This document shows positions 12,621 to 26,909 of a stretch of 64,000 bases of DNA, in pieces. The position numbers and the translations under genes are program-made. This stretch comes from Neocallimastix sp. 'constans' (taxonomy: Eukaryota). Each line of letters starts with the position of its first letter. Position 1 is the first letter of the stretch. The stretch spans positions 744,001-808,000 of the forward strand of contig JBODTK010000013.1 of NCBI GenBank assembly GCA_050613775.1, written 5' to 3'. Under the pieces are notes generated by a model, which saw nothing but the letters and a program-made list of their open reading frames with translations, searched no databases and was not told where the DNA came from.

Positions 12621-15600
12621 AAATAAAATAAAAATAAAAATAATGAATTTATATATATTAATATTGCTTAAAATAAAAAATATAAAAAAAAAAATTTTTT
12701 AATAGACTTATTCTGGTCTTTTCTTGGTTGCTGTTAATCCATATTTCAAAATTCAAATTTATAATGATCAATACATTCAAAACTATAAAGGTAAAAAACG
12801 TGGTGAAGCAGAACCACACATTTATGCTACATCAGATATGGCTTATTTGGATATGTTACAAGATCATGAAAATCAATCACTTTTAATTACGTAAGTATTT
12901 TTTTTAATATTATTGAATATTAAATTTGAATATTAAAAAATAAATATATTTTTTTCTTTATATTTAAAAAAAATGAAAATAAAACATTTTCATATTTGAA
13001 TTAAAACTTTTTATGATTTAAAAAAATTATTATTATTTTAAAAAAGTGGTGAATCTGGTGCAGGTAAAACTGAAAATACTAAAAAGGTTATTCAATATTT
13101 AGCTGCAATTGCTGGTGGACATGGTAAAGATAAAAGCGGTAACTTAGAAGATCAAATTTTACAAGCAAACCCAATTTTGGAATCTTTCGGTAACGCCCAA
13201 ACAGTAAGAAATAACAATTCATCAAGATTCGTAAGTACCTAAATTTTATAAATAAAAATATCATTAAAGATTGTAAAAGAATAAATTTTTATAAAAATTT
13301 CATATATAATATATTAAGATAATTAATCTTTTTTTTTTTTTTCTATATAGGGTAAGTTCATTAGAATTGAATTTAATGCCAGTGGTCAAATTGGTGGTGC
13401 AAACATTAAAAAGTATTTATTCGAAAAGTCTCGTGTTACTCATCAAACTCCCAAGGAAAGAAATTATCACGTATTTTATCAATTATTAAAGGGTGGTGAC
13501 GAAGAACTTAAAAGTAAGTCAAAATGAATAATAATAAAATTATTTCAAAATATTTATACTAACAATATAATTAATATATATAAAAGAGTCATTATTATTG
13601 GATAAAACATTAAACGATTATGAATTTGTCAAGAATTCCAATAAAAATATTGATGATGTTGATGATGCTGCAGATTTCAAAGATTTATGTGTAAATATAT
13701 ATTAAATTTCAATATTTTTTATTGCTTTTAAAAAAAAAAAATACTAAATAAAATTTTTTATTTTCATTTAAAATTAATTATTAATTTCAGGAATCAATGA
13801 GAATTATGGGTATTGATAAGGAGAAGCAATTAAACTTCTTTGCTATTGTTGCTGCTGTTTTACATCTTGGTAACATTAAACCAGTCAATGATAGACAAGA
13901 TCAAGCCCAACTTCCAGATACTTCTGCAGCCGAAAAGGTTTGTCACTTATTGGGTATTAATGTTGATGATTTTGTTAGAGGATTATTAAAACCAAAGATT
14001 AAGGCTGGTAGAGATTGGGTAACTCAAGCTAAGAATCAAGAACAAGTTACATACTCTATTGAAGCTTTAGCAAGAGTATTATATGAAAGAATGTTCCAAC
14101 AATTAGTTGATACTATTAACTTAACTTTAGATAAGGACTTCTCAAAGACTACATTTATTGGTGTTCTTGATATTGCTGGTTTTGAAATCTTTGAAGTGAA
14201 TAGTTTCGAACAACTTTGTATTAACTACACAAATGAAAAACTTCAACAATTCTTTAATCACCACATGTTCATTTTAGAACAAGAAGAATACAGAAGAGAA
14301 GGTATTGAATGGGAATTCATTGATTTCGGTCTCGATTTACAACCAACTATTGATTTAATTGAAAAAACATCTCCAATTGGTATTCTTTCTTGTTTAGATG
14401 AAGAATGTGTTATGCCAAAGGCTACTGATAAGACTTTCATTGATAAATTAAATGGATTATGGAAAGGAAAATCCAATAAATATGAAGTTCCAAAATTCGA
14501 TGATGGTTTCATCTTATGTCACTACGCTGGTAATGTAAAGTATAATGTTACTGGATGGCTTGATAAGAACAAGGATCCATTAAACGAAAATGTTACTAGA
14601 TTATTCGCTAATTCCTCAAACAGCTTCGTTGCAAACCTCTTCTCTGACTACTTAGATTCAGCTGATAATAATCAAAGAACTAACCAAAAGAAGGGTTCCT
14701 TCAGAACAGTAGCTAACAAACACAAAGAACAATTACAACTTTTAATGAAACAATTATATTCTACTGAACCACACTTCGTAAGATGTATTATTCCAAACAA
14801 TGAAAAGAAGCCAGGTAAATTAGATATTCCACTTATTCTTGAACAACTTAGATGTAATGGTGTACTTGAAGGAATTAGAATTTGTAGAAATGGTTTCCCA
14901 AACAGATTACCATTTGCTGAATTCAGAAAACGTTACGAAATCTTAGCTCAAAAGAATATTCCAGAAGGTTTCATGGATGGTCGTCATGCTTCTCAAATCA
15001 TTCTTGATACTTTGAACTTAGATAAGGCAAAGTATAGAATGGGTAGTAGTAAAGTTTTCTTCAAGGCCGGTGTTTTAGCAGAATTAGAAGAATTAAGAGA
15101 TATTGAATTATCAAAGATCGTTAAAAAGATTCAAGCCATCTGGAGAGGTTATAAGGCTAGAAAGAACTTCAAGATCATTCTTGATCGTCTTCACGCTATT
15201 CGTATTATTCAAAAGAACGCTAGAGTCTATGTTACTCTTAAGGAATGGTCATGGTGGAAGTTATACACAAAGGTTAAGCCTTTATTAAATGTTACAAGAG
15301 TTGATGAAGAATTAAAGAAGAAAGATGAATTGGCTCAAGAATGGGAAGCTAAGGCTACTAAGGAAGCTGAAGAAAAGAGTAAACTTGAAGCTCTTAACAG
15401 CGATCTTGAACAGAAGAGACAACAATTAGAACAAGAACTTCAAAGTGAAAGAAATATGATGAACGAAAAGGATGATATGTTAGAGAACTATAGAACTCAA
15501 AACCAAGACATCCAAGATAGATTAACTGAAGCCAAGACTGAATTGGAAAACGTGGAGTCTCAATATGAAGAAGCAAAGAAACAAAATAGTAAATTAAACT

Positions 15601-18600
15601 CTGATCTTGAGCAATTGAATGATCAATTAGAACAAGGAAAGATTACTATTGAAAAGTATGAAAAAGAAAAACAAGCAGAAGAACAATTAATTAATCAATT
15701 AAAGGAAAATCTTCAAACCAATAAAGATGAAATTGATAAATTAACTAGTGAAAAGAAGAACTTAGAACAACAATTGAATGAATTGAACTTAAACCTTGGT
15801 GCAGCTCACGATAAGGAATCAGAATTAGAAAAGATTAAGGCTAAGCTTCAAAATAACGCTAGTGAAATTCAAAGCAACTTAGAAAACGAACAAAAGGCCA
15901 AGGAGGAACTTACTCAAAAGTTGAACGAAGTAACTAAAGAATTAAAGGCAACTAAAGAAGCTGTTGAAGATCTTAACAGAGCTAAAGCAGAACTTGAAAA
16001 CTCCGTCCAAAAAAGAGACAAAAGTATTGAAGATATGACAAATCAAATTAACGAAACTGAAGCTGAAAAGGAAAATGTTGAAAAGGCTAGAAGAGAACTT
16101 GCTCTTAAGCTTCAAACAGTTGAAGCCGATTTAGAAAATGAAAAGGCTGAACGTCAAAAGCTTATTGCCCAAAAGAACAAGCTTGAAGGTGAAATTGAAA
16201 ACCTTCATGATGTTATGCAAGCCAATGATGATGATAAGACTAAGCAAAATGAACTTAGAAAGATTCGTGAAGCTGAAATGAGTAGTTTGAAGAGTCAACT
16301 TGAAGATACCACTAAGGAATTAGAAGATACAAGACGTAAGACTAATTCTCAAATTGAAAAATTGAAGGCTGAAATTGAAGAACTTCAACATGAAAATGAG
16401 AACTTAAGACAAGCAAAGTCTGCACTTGAAAAACGTGTTAATGAATTAACTGAAAAGTTAGAAGATGCCGAAAAGAATGTTGCTAAATTAGAAAAGAACT
16501 GTCGTCAATTAGAAAACAATCTTCAAGATTCTCAAAAGCATTCTGAAGAAATTGAAAGCCAATTAAACGATTTAATTGTTTCAAAGAGTTCCAATGAAAA
16601 GCAAATTCAAAACTTAAACACTCGTGCTGATGAACTTGAAAGCAAGAACCAAACTCTTGAACGTGAAAAGATTCAATTCAAGAAGCAAGCTGAAAACTTA
16701 CAGAATGAATTAGAAGAAGAAGTTAATAAAAAGAAAATTTTGGAAGATGCTAAGAATAAGCTCAATAATAACATTAATGAATTACAACAACAATACGATG
16801 AACTTGAAGCTAATAATAATGATCTTCAAAGAAAATTAGCTCAAAAGAGTAGTGAATTTGATGCATACAAAGAAAAGTTCAACAAAGAAAACAAAGACAA
16901 GGTTGATGAACTTGATTCTTCTAAGAAGAAGCTTGAAAAGGAACTTGCTGAAGTTAAGGACAAATTAGTTCTTGCTGAAAACAGCAACCAAACCTTAGAA
17001 AAGACTAAGTCTCGTTTGGTCGCTGAAATTGAAGATTTGAAGCATGAAGTTGAACATGAACACGATGTTTCCAGAGCTGCTGAAAGAGCGACTAAGAATG
17101 CTGAAAACCAACTCAGCCAAGTTACTCAACAATTAGAAAGTGAACAACGTGAACATGCTCTTACAGAATCTCAAACTAAGAAACTTCAATCTACTATTGA
17201 TTCCTTAAACGATGAACTTGAAAACTTAAAGCACAACTACGATACCGTTAATCGTAAGAAGAATGATTTAGAAAACGAATTACAATCTTTAATTAACGAT
17301 AGTACAACTAGTAACAATATTCATGACTTAGAAAAGGCCAACCGTGGCTTAGAAAGTCAACTTGCTGAACTTAAGGAACAACTCGAAGAAATGACATCAC
17401 AAAAGGATAAGGCTGAAGAAGGAAAGAAAGTCATTGAACAACAATTCCTTAAGTATAAGCAAAAAGCTGAACAAGATATGGTTGACAAAGATAATCAAAT
17501 GGAGGAAACCAGAAAGATGTTGTACAAAGAAGTTAACTCATTGGGTGAACAACTTGATGAAGAAATCGCTGCTAAGAATGAATTAATTAAGGCAAAGAAG
17601 AGATTAGAAAATGAAATTGCTAATGCTTCTAGCAATGCTGAAATGAGTACTAAGAATAAGGCCGAAATAGAGAAGTCTAATAAGAAGTTAGAAGCTCTTA
17701 TTAAAGAACTTAATAGTAAATTAGAAAGTAAGGAAAAGGATTGCAAGAACTTTGAAGAATTGACTCGTATTCAAGAACAAAAGTCTAATAATATTCAAAG
17801 CGAAAAAGAAAAGATTGCTGAAGAACTTGATGCCTTAAAGAGAGCTAAGAAACAAGTTGACGCTCAATTAGAATCTCTTAATGCTGAATATGAACAAGTT
17901 TTAACTGAAAAGGATTCATTAAGTGATGCTAAGAAGAACCTTGAAAAGCAAAACAGAGACTTAACTGAACGTTTAGAAGAAATGGAAGATGACTTAAGAG
18001 ATGCCCAAGAAAAGAGTAGTGCTGCTAATATTGATGAAATTAAGAATAAGATTAAGGCTGAATTTGAAGAGAAGATTGAAAAGTTAGAAGATTCTAGAAA
18101 AGCATTATTCGCTGATAAGAGAATTAAGGAACAAGATCTTGAAGACAAGGATAAGACTATTGCCTTATTAGAAAAGCAAAAGAAGATGATAACTGATGAA
18201 AATGATGAATTAAAGAACAGCCTTGATCAAGAAGTTATTGCTAAGAATGAAGAAATTAACCAACGTAAAAAGCTTGCTGCTGATGTTAAGGATCTTGAAT
18301 CTCAATTAAGTCAAGAACAAATGAAGAGTCAAGGATTAAGCGAATCATACGATGCCTTAAAGACTAAATATGATGGTGCTATTTCTAAATTAGATCAAGC
18401 TGAATTGAACTTAATTAAGGCTGAAAAGGCTGAAGGTTCTCTTAAATTACAACTTAAGGAAATGGAAGAAACCTTACAAGATTCTGCTAAGGATCTTAAG
18501 CAATATGAAGAAAAGTACAAGCAATTAGAAGATCAATTACAAGATCTCCAAGAAAAGATGGAAGAAGATTCTCAAGATATGCAAGATCTTGTATTAATGA

Positions 18601-19712
18601 AGCAAAACCTTCAACAAGAACTTGAATCTAACACCAATAAGTACCAAAATGAAATCAATGAACGTGATGAAATTATTGAAAACACTAGAAAGAAGTTATT
18701 AAAGGAAAACCAAAACTTAGCTACCGAACTTGAAATGGAAAGAGCTTCAGTTTTAACGCTTAAGGAAACTAAGAAGAACCTTGAAACACAAATTAACGAC
18801 ATTTCCGCTGAATGGGAGAAGGATCGTCGTGAATTACAAGCTTGGAAGAAGGATAAGGAAAAGTTAGAAAACAGAATCGATGAAATTACTAAAAAGAAGG
18901 ATGAAGCTGTTGCTCGTAGTGACGAACTTGAAAACCAAAAGAATGCTATTAGCGCCAAATTAAGAGATATGAAGACAAATCTTGAAGATGCTGAAGTTAA
19001 GTTGAACATTGCTGAAAAGTCAAAGAAGACTCTTGAAGCTCAAGTTGAAGACCTTAATGAACAAACATTACAATTATCTAAGGCTAAGCAAAACCTTGAA
19101 CGTAATAACCAAACTATGGAAACTCAACTTAATGAACTTCAATCTAAATTAGATGAACAACAAGATGAATACAACAATACTATTGAAGAATTGAGAAAGA
19201 AGAGTTCTGAACAAGATGGAGTACATTCTGAATTGGAGAAAGAGAAGCAAATATCTCTTGATTTAGAACGTTCGAAGATTGCCCTTGAAAAGCAAGTTAA
19301 GGAACTTAATTCTCGTATTTCTGAATTAGAAGCCTGCGCTCTTAACGATAACTCTAGAAATATTTCAAGAATTCAAGCTCGTCTTGATGATGTTTCACAA
19401 CAACTTGAAAATGAGTCTAAAGAAAAGATGCAATTATTACAAAATGCTCGTAAGACTGAAAGAACTATTCGTGACTTACAGAACCAATTACAAGAGAAAG
19501 AGAAGTATAAGACTAAATATGAAGAAGATATGGAAAGAAACGAAAGTAAGATAAAGAAGATGAAGGCTCAAATTGAAGAACTTGAATTATCTGAAAGTAA
19601 CTTACAAATTGCTAAACGTAGAATTGAACGTGAAGCTAATGAACAACGTGAACGTGCTTCAAGATTCGAGAAGGAGAATGAGAAATTAAAGGCCAGAATC
19701 AATGCTATTTAA
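12080..19712 (+). CDS. Myosin II (conventional, non-muscle type) heavy chain, 8 exons
   Basis: ATG 12080 ([15 protein letters not shown]). [23 protein letters not shown]-loop GESGAGKT, switch I NNNSSRFGKF, switch [22 protein letters not shown] motifs, [14 protein letters not shown] and a >1400 aa heptad coiled coil. Seven GT-AG introns between 12125 and 13790; final exon 13791-19712. Confidence 0.97.
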
Positions 19713-20016
19713 ATAGAATAATTAAGTAGTATTTTTTTATTAAACAAAATCTAATATATAATTATATATATAGAGAATATTCAAAATATTAAAAATTAAA
19801 AAATATTAAGAATATCCAAAATATCAAAATATATAGACTATTCAATTGAAGTAATAAAATGTATATCAATAAAAGATAATTTAAATGTATCAAAAATAAA
19901 GATAATAATAATTAAATGAATTAAATGTATATTAAAAATAAAAAATAAGGATTAAAATGTATATCAAAAAAAAAAAAAAATAAAAATGTATATCAAAAAA
20001 AATCAAAAATGTATAT

Positions 20017-20057
<41 letters not shown>

Positions 20058-20474
20058 AAAATTATAAAAATTTATGTATATCGAATAATTTTCATATTTA
20101 AATAAAAATATATTTAATAATCTAATATGATTAAAAGAGTGCTTTAATATATATAGTGTACATCTTTAATTATTAAAACCCATACAGTTATGTATGAAAT
20201 ATGTATCTAATATGTACTTATTGCTATATATCACTATAACAGTATATTACATTAAACAGAATATTTAGTATATTGTAATAGATGAATGACCACTAACCTA
20301 TTATAGCATATATGAACTCTTAAAGCTATAATCATACTCATATGTACTGCATACACACACATATAATATACAACTATGATATATATACTATAATACAGTA
20401 TATTCAACTAATTTCTAACTGTAACATTTAAAGTATTTGAATGTGGTTTTTTTTTTTTTTTTTTTTATTTGACA

Positions 20475-20529
20475 ATCTATTTAATAAAGCAATGGAAGTG
20501 TATTCTCTTCCTAGTCTAAAAAAAAAAAA
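20475..20529 (+). mobile_element. Very short non-LTR retro-insertion (LINE 3' tail or SINE-like): AATAAA + hairpin + poly(A)
   Basis: ATCTATTTAATAAAGCAATGGAAGTGTATTCTCTTCCTAGTCT(A)n flanked by TTGACA on both sides (possible target-site duplication); near-identical to 59830-59870 and to the minus-strand copy at 39996-40084. Confidence 0.75.
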
Positions 20530-20809
20530 TTGACAGGCTATCAAGACCAATACCTCTGAAAGAGGAGATCATAATTTCTTTCAGATAGTCATTTAAACCC
20601 TAATCCGGAATACGAATTCCTTTAAACAGAAATATTATAATCAAGAAGTGAAATTCGTTGCATATGAACTTTTTTTCTGAATTTGTATATACATTTTATT
20701 ATGAATATTACCTTTATTTTACATTACTATTTAAAATATTATTATTATTATGTTCTAATTGGATAAATGGATAAATAATATTTATTTTTTTATTAATCGT
20801 GTGTTTTTT

Positions 20810-20848
<39 letters not shown>

Positions 20849-22208
20849 ATAATTAACATTTAAAAAAAAAAAAAAAGTTCAATAAAAACATTTTATAGCA
20901 AAAAAAGTAAACAATATTTTTGTTAATAGATACTAATTAATCGGTTAATCGGTAATAACGAAAAATTCAAAAAAGCTACTTTTCCTAATTTCTTAAGATA
21001 CATTAGAAATTAATAAAGTATATTTACATAATACATAATGTAAAATTATAAAGGAAAAAGGAAATCATTTAAAATAAAAATTATCTTTTGATAAATAAAT
21101 AATTGTAATTGTTCCTATAAAATGACTTATAAAGAAAAAAAAAAAAATCAAAAAACATACATGATATTTATGTCCAAAAAAGAATTCGTTTTAATTTTTA
21201 GTATTGATTTATTAATTAAAATTATTTTAAATTTAGAAATATATGAAATAATATTTTTGTACATGTGTTAATATTGATTCTTTATAGTACAAATAAATAA
21301 ACTTTTAAAATAAAAATTATATAATAAACAATGTGTTCTTTAGTTTTTACGAAATTTTCTATAAAGACCCAAATATTAATTTGAAAGACAGTTATTATTT
21401 CATCCTCAACTTTTTTTTTTTTAAATAGTATTAGTTTATATTTTTATTATACTAAAATATATCATTTTAACTTAAGGTACATTATTTAATTATTAACATT
21501 TTTTTAGATAATCTCCAAATTCAAATAAATTTTTTTTATTAATTAAAATACCATATTATTTTTTCCTTATATAATATTAATAAACTAATATTCATATATT
21601 TTATGTCTAATAAAAATATTAGTTATATCTACTATTTTATTTAATATTACTATTAAACCATTATAGTCATTTTATAATTTTATTGATCATGAAAACATTA
21701 ATAATATTTATAGAAAGTATTAAAAATGAATATTTTTGAAAATTTTATTTTCTAATTACTTTTTTAATTATATGGATATGAACATTTTATATAACAACTT
21801 ATTTGATATATTTTCTTAACTTTTTTTATTTATTTTTTTTAGTTTCAATTTTTGTTTTTATTTTTATTTTTATTCTTATTTTTTTTTTTTTTTATTTATT
21901 TATTTATTAAATTTAATTTATTTAATTTTATTTAATATTAATAATATATATATATATATATTTTTTTTTTTTTTCTGAAAATATATAAATAATAAATAAA
22001 TAATAAATAAATAATAAATAAATAAATAAATAATATATATTAAATAAATAATAATAAATATGCTAAATTTATAAGTATTTCACTAAAATTCTTATTATTT
22101 GTATTAATTATTGTTTATTTTTTAATAATATTTAAAATTAAATTTTAAATTTTTATTTTATACCAATATTATATATTCATTATATATATATAAATATATA
22201 TTAAAATA

Positions 22209-22248
<40 letters not shown>

Positions 22249-22327
22249 AATTTCAAAAAAATAAAAATAAAAATTAAAATTAAAAATAAAATTAAAAAAT
22301 AAAAATTTATAATTTTAAAATTACAAA

Positions 22328-25300
22328 ATGGATCCGGGATATATTAATTATATTCCAGTACCACCATATTATTCAAGCCCTTATCCACCACCACCACCAC
22401 CTCAACCTCAACAACCTCCCCCTCCCCCTCTTCCTTCACAACCTCAACCACAACCTCCTCCTCCTCCAATATCTCAACAATTACCAAAACCTAATTTTAT
22501 TATAAAAAATAATGCTGCAGTAATGCTTCCAATGGTAAATCCTCCCCCATTACCACAACAACCACCTCCTCCACCTCCTCCATTACCTTCACAACCACCT
22601 CCACCTCCTCCATCACCTCCACATTCAATATTAGATAATTCTGGAAATTCTAATTCACATAATATAAAAGATGATGGTAACATTATTAATACTTTTAATA
22701 ATAATGAACAGAAATCTCCTAAAAATATGGTATTAGAATCTGATAATTTATCAATTTCAATGAATCAAAAAATTATTCCCTCCTCTTCCCAATTACTTAT
22801 ATCAAATAAAAATTCCGAAATTAACTCATATTACGATAGTACTAATATTAGTGATAAAGGAAAAGAACATATTAAAATGAATTATTATTATAGTAATCAT
22901 GACAGTAAATATAAAAATGCAGGATATTTTATGGATAATTATTCTAAAGGAAGATATAAATATAAACATTCAAATCCACCTTCTTATAATTATCAAGGAA
23001 AAGACAATAAAGATACATATTACTATTCAAAAAAAGACTCAAAAGATACCTATTATTATAAAGATGATAAATATGGCTTTTCTGAAAATTATCATTATCC
23101 AAGTAAAGATGCAGAAAAATATGGATATTCAGATACCTATCATTATTTAAATAAAGATAGTTCAGATAAATACCCTTATACGGATAAACCAAATAAATAC
23201 GATAAACGTTATGAATATGATTACGATTATGATTATGATTATGACTATAATTATGATTATGACTATGATTCAAAATCTCGAATGTATAAAAAACATTCAA
23301 AACATTTCTCAAGTAAATATGGTGACAATCCAAAATATACAGACAGTTTTTTCTCAGGTAGAAAAAAATATTCCGATAAAGGACCTAGATATAGGAGGTC
23401 TAGAAGAGATTCATATTCTTATCATAGAAATGAGAGTCAATCACGAAATAGTAGATATATGTTAAAAAATAGAACTGAAATAAAGAAAGAAGAGGAAGAG
23501 GAAGAGAATAAAGTTGTAATACCGAAATATAAAAATATAAATCCTACAGATGTTATAAATGAATTTAAAAGAACAGGTTTATTTGATAGCATAAGAAAAA
23601 TGATACTCAATAAATTTAAAGAAAGTTCTGAAATAAAAAATTTAGAAGAACAAATAAAGGAATCAATAGATACCATGAAAAAAATGACGTTAAGAGATTC
23701 CTATGATAGTAAAGGAGAAAGTATATCTTTTGAGAATGCTATTAAAACATGGGAAAAAGCAAAACTTCATTCTTATATTATGAAAGAAATAGAAATGGAA
23801 ACTAGAAATTTTAAAAGTACAAGTGATTTTATTAAAAAAGAATATTTAGAATCAAAGTATAAAAGTAATATTATAGATGCATTATCAAAAGCAGTAGAAA
23901 CAATAGAAAATAAAAATAAAAAAGACACAGAAATTGATAATAGTAGTAATAGTAATAATAATAATAATAATAATAAAACAAAAGAAAAGGAAATAAGTAA
24001 AGATAATAATAAAGATAAAGATAAAGCTATAGTTAAAGATATAGTGAAAGATATAATTAAAGAAAAGGAACAAGAAAAAGAGAAAGAGAAAGAAATAAAT
24101 AAAATGGAATCTAATAATGATAAATTACAGATTGAAGCAAAAAATAATGAAAATTCAAATACTTATGTGACTAACAGAAATAGTACAGACAATGATATAA
24201 TATTACCAAAAATTAAATTTGTAATTAAAAATAATGCTAATGAAAGTGACAAAAATAGTCAAGGTACAAAAGAGAAAAAAGAAAATAATATTGATATTGA
24301 TAGTCAAAGTAAAAATGAAAAGTTCTTAGAAGATAGTAATGATAAAAAAGAATATCTTACAGATAGAAAATCAGAAAGTGAGAACAGTTCTGATATGGAA
24401 ATAGATGGAGATGATGAAGAAAATAAATATAATATTAAAAAAGAAGTCAAAATGGAGATTAAAAGCTCAAATGAAAGTTCTGAAATAGAAAAAAATAAAG
24501 AAAAAATAAGAAATGAGAATATCAAAATTGAAGAAAAAGAAATAAAAAATACAGAAGAGAATAAAAAGAGTAAAGCTGATGTTAATAAAGTTAAAAAAGA
24601 AGAAAATGATGATGGAGAAGAAGATGAGTTTAATGAAAAAGGAAAATTAATATACAATAATAAAGAAAATAAAAGAAATAAAAATAAAAATAGAAATAGA
24701 AATAAAATAAAGAAGGATGATGAAGAGCAGCAAGAAGATGAACAAGAAGAAAAACACAAAGAAAAAGAAGTAAAATTAAAGAAAGATAAAGAGCAAATCA
24801 ATGATGGTCATGGTCATCATAGTGGAAATGAAAATGGTTCAGATATTGATATTGAAAATGGAGAAAGCGGAAATGAAATTTTATATAAACAAAATATGGA
24901 AGTCGATATACCCAAAAAAAATAATATACTTAAAAATTCAAAAAAGAAAAATAAAAGCAAATATAATAGAAAAGAAGAAAATAAGAAAGATGAAGATAAT
25001 GAAGATGAAGATGAAGAAGAAGAAGAAGAAAAAGAAGAAAGAGTAAATAAAGATGATGAAAATGATGAAAATGATGAAAATAAAAGTGAAAGTGATGAAA
25101 ACAGTGAAACAGTAAATTCTTTAAAAAATAGTAAACAAGATCAAGATGAAAATGAAAAACAGATGAAAAAAGAAAAAGAAAATGTTACTCTTAGGAGATC
25201 AAAAAGAATTAGAAATAATAAAACATCAGATAATAAAAATACTATAGCAGTTACTCCACCTCAAACAACAACAAAAGAAACAAGAAGAATAACGAGATCT

Positions 25301-26176
25301 AATTCAAAAAAATTAAGTGTTGAAGGTATATAATTAAAAAAATTCTTTATTTATTTTAATTATTTATTTACTTATTTATTTGTTTATTTATATATTTATT
25401 TCTGTATCATTATTATTTTATAAATATTCTAATTTTCAATTTTTATAATAATAAAAATAATAATAATAATATTAATATTAATAATAATATTAATAATATT
25501 AATAATATAACCTTTTCATATATATATATATATATTTATATATGTATATTTATTATTTAATAATTATATCAATGGTCAATTGTATATAATTTAATATATT
25601 AGTAAATGAAGAAAAAAAGAAATTTAATGTAGGAGATAGAGTAGCTTGTTGGGTTTCAGTTAGAAACTTATCCAATGGTTATAGTTCGGAAAAACGTTGT
25701 TATGTAGTATTAATTGACAAATATCTTCCTCAGAAGAAAACGTAAATATTAAATTAAAATATATATATATAATTAATATTAATAATATATTTTAAATTTT
25801 AAAAAAGTTGATACAAATAATAAATATTTATAAACATCATCACCATTAATATTATTATAATTATAATTATTATCATAATAATTATATTATAGCTGTTTCT
25901 ATTTATGTTAATACTAATATTATTATTATTACTAATATTATAATTATTAACATGACTTTGATATAGATATATTGTAAAAGATGTTGATACAGATAAGGAA
26001 ATACCAGATACATGGATGATACCGGAAGAAAAAATTATTGATTATAAAAAATATGAAAATTATAGTCCAAATAATTTTAATAAGTATGATAAAATTTATT
26101 CATTATATCGATTTGAAGATAACGAATTATCTACTGAATTTTATAAAGCAGAAATAATAAAAATTGGAAAGGTAAA

Positions 26177-26275
<99 letters not shown>

Positions 26276-26276
26276 A

Positions 26277-26354
<78 letters not shown>

Positions 26355-26909
26355 TTTATTTGTTTGTTTGTTTGTTTTGTTTTGTTTTGTTTTTTATTTT
26401 TTCTTAATTTAATCTTCATATTCCCTTTAATAATTATTATCATTAATATATATACTAATATATATTAATATTTTATTCACAATTTAAATAACTATTATTT
26501 ATTATTATTATAATTATTATTATTATTATTATAAAAAAAATAATAATAATAAAAATAAAAATAAAAAATAAAAAAGACATATTTAACTGTACGATTTGAA
26601 GATGGTGATGATGATGCAAATATGAAACCAGGGGAATTCTTTTTAATAACAGATTCTATGAAAAGTCCATCAGAAAAAAATAATTCAAGTAAATCTTCTA
26701 TTTCTAAATCATCTTCCAATGACGCTATTAAATCTAAGGTTTCTAGAAAAGATGAAAATAATGACGAAGAAGAAGAAGAAGAAGAAGAAGAAATTGAAAA
26801 AAAGAACGAAAAAGAAATTTCATCTAACAAAAAATCTAAAAGTAATAATAAAAGAAGAGCAAGAACAACAGATAATTCAAATAAAAAGAAGAAGAGAAAA
26901 CAAAGATGA
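22328..26909 (+). CDS. Large nuclear protein: proline-rich N-terminus, BOD1/COMPASS-Shg1-like domain, charged linker and C-terminal Sgf29-like tandem Tudor domain (4 exons: 22328-25325, 25603-25741, 25967-26171, 26577-26909)
   Basis: DVINEFKRTGLFDSIRKMIL matches the BOD1/Shg1 signature (FKxxGxFDxxRK). Spliced downstream exons join in frame to give FNVGDRVACW...YIVKDVDTD...IYSLYRFEDNELSTEFYKAEIIKIGKTYLTVRFEDGD, resembling the Sgf29 tandem Tudor. Basic NLS-like C-terminus KKKKRKQR. Confidence 0.75.

Noticed and set aside
14258..19009. Antisense or alternate-frame ORFs inside myosin, and likewise inside the 22328-25333, RasGEF, reductase and LINE ORFs
   Set aside because: Shadows of the codon bias and low-complexity composition of the real genes.
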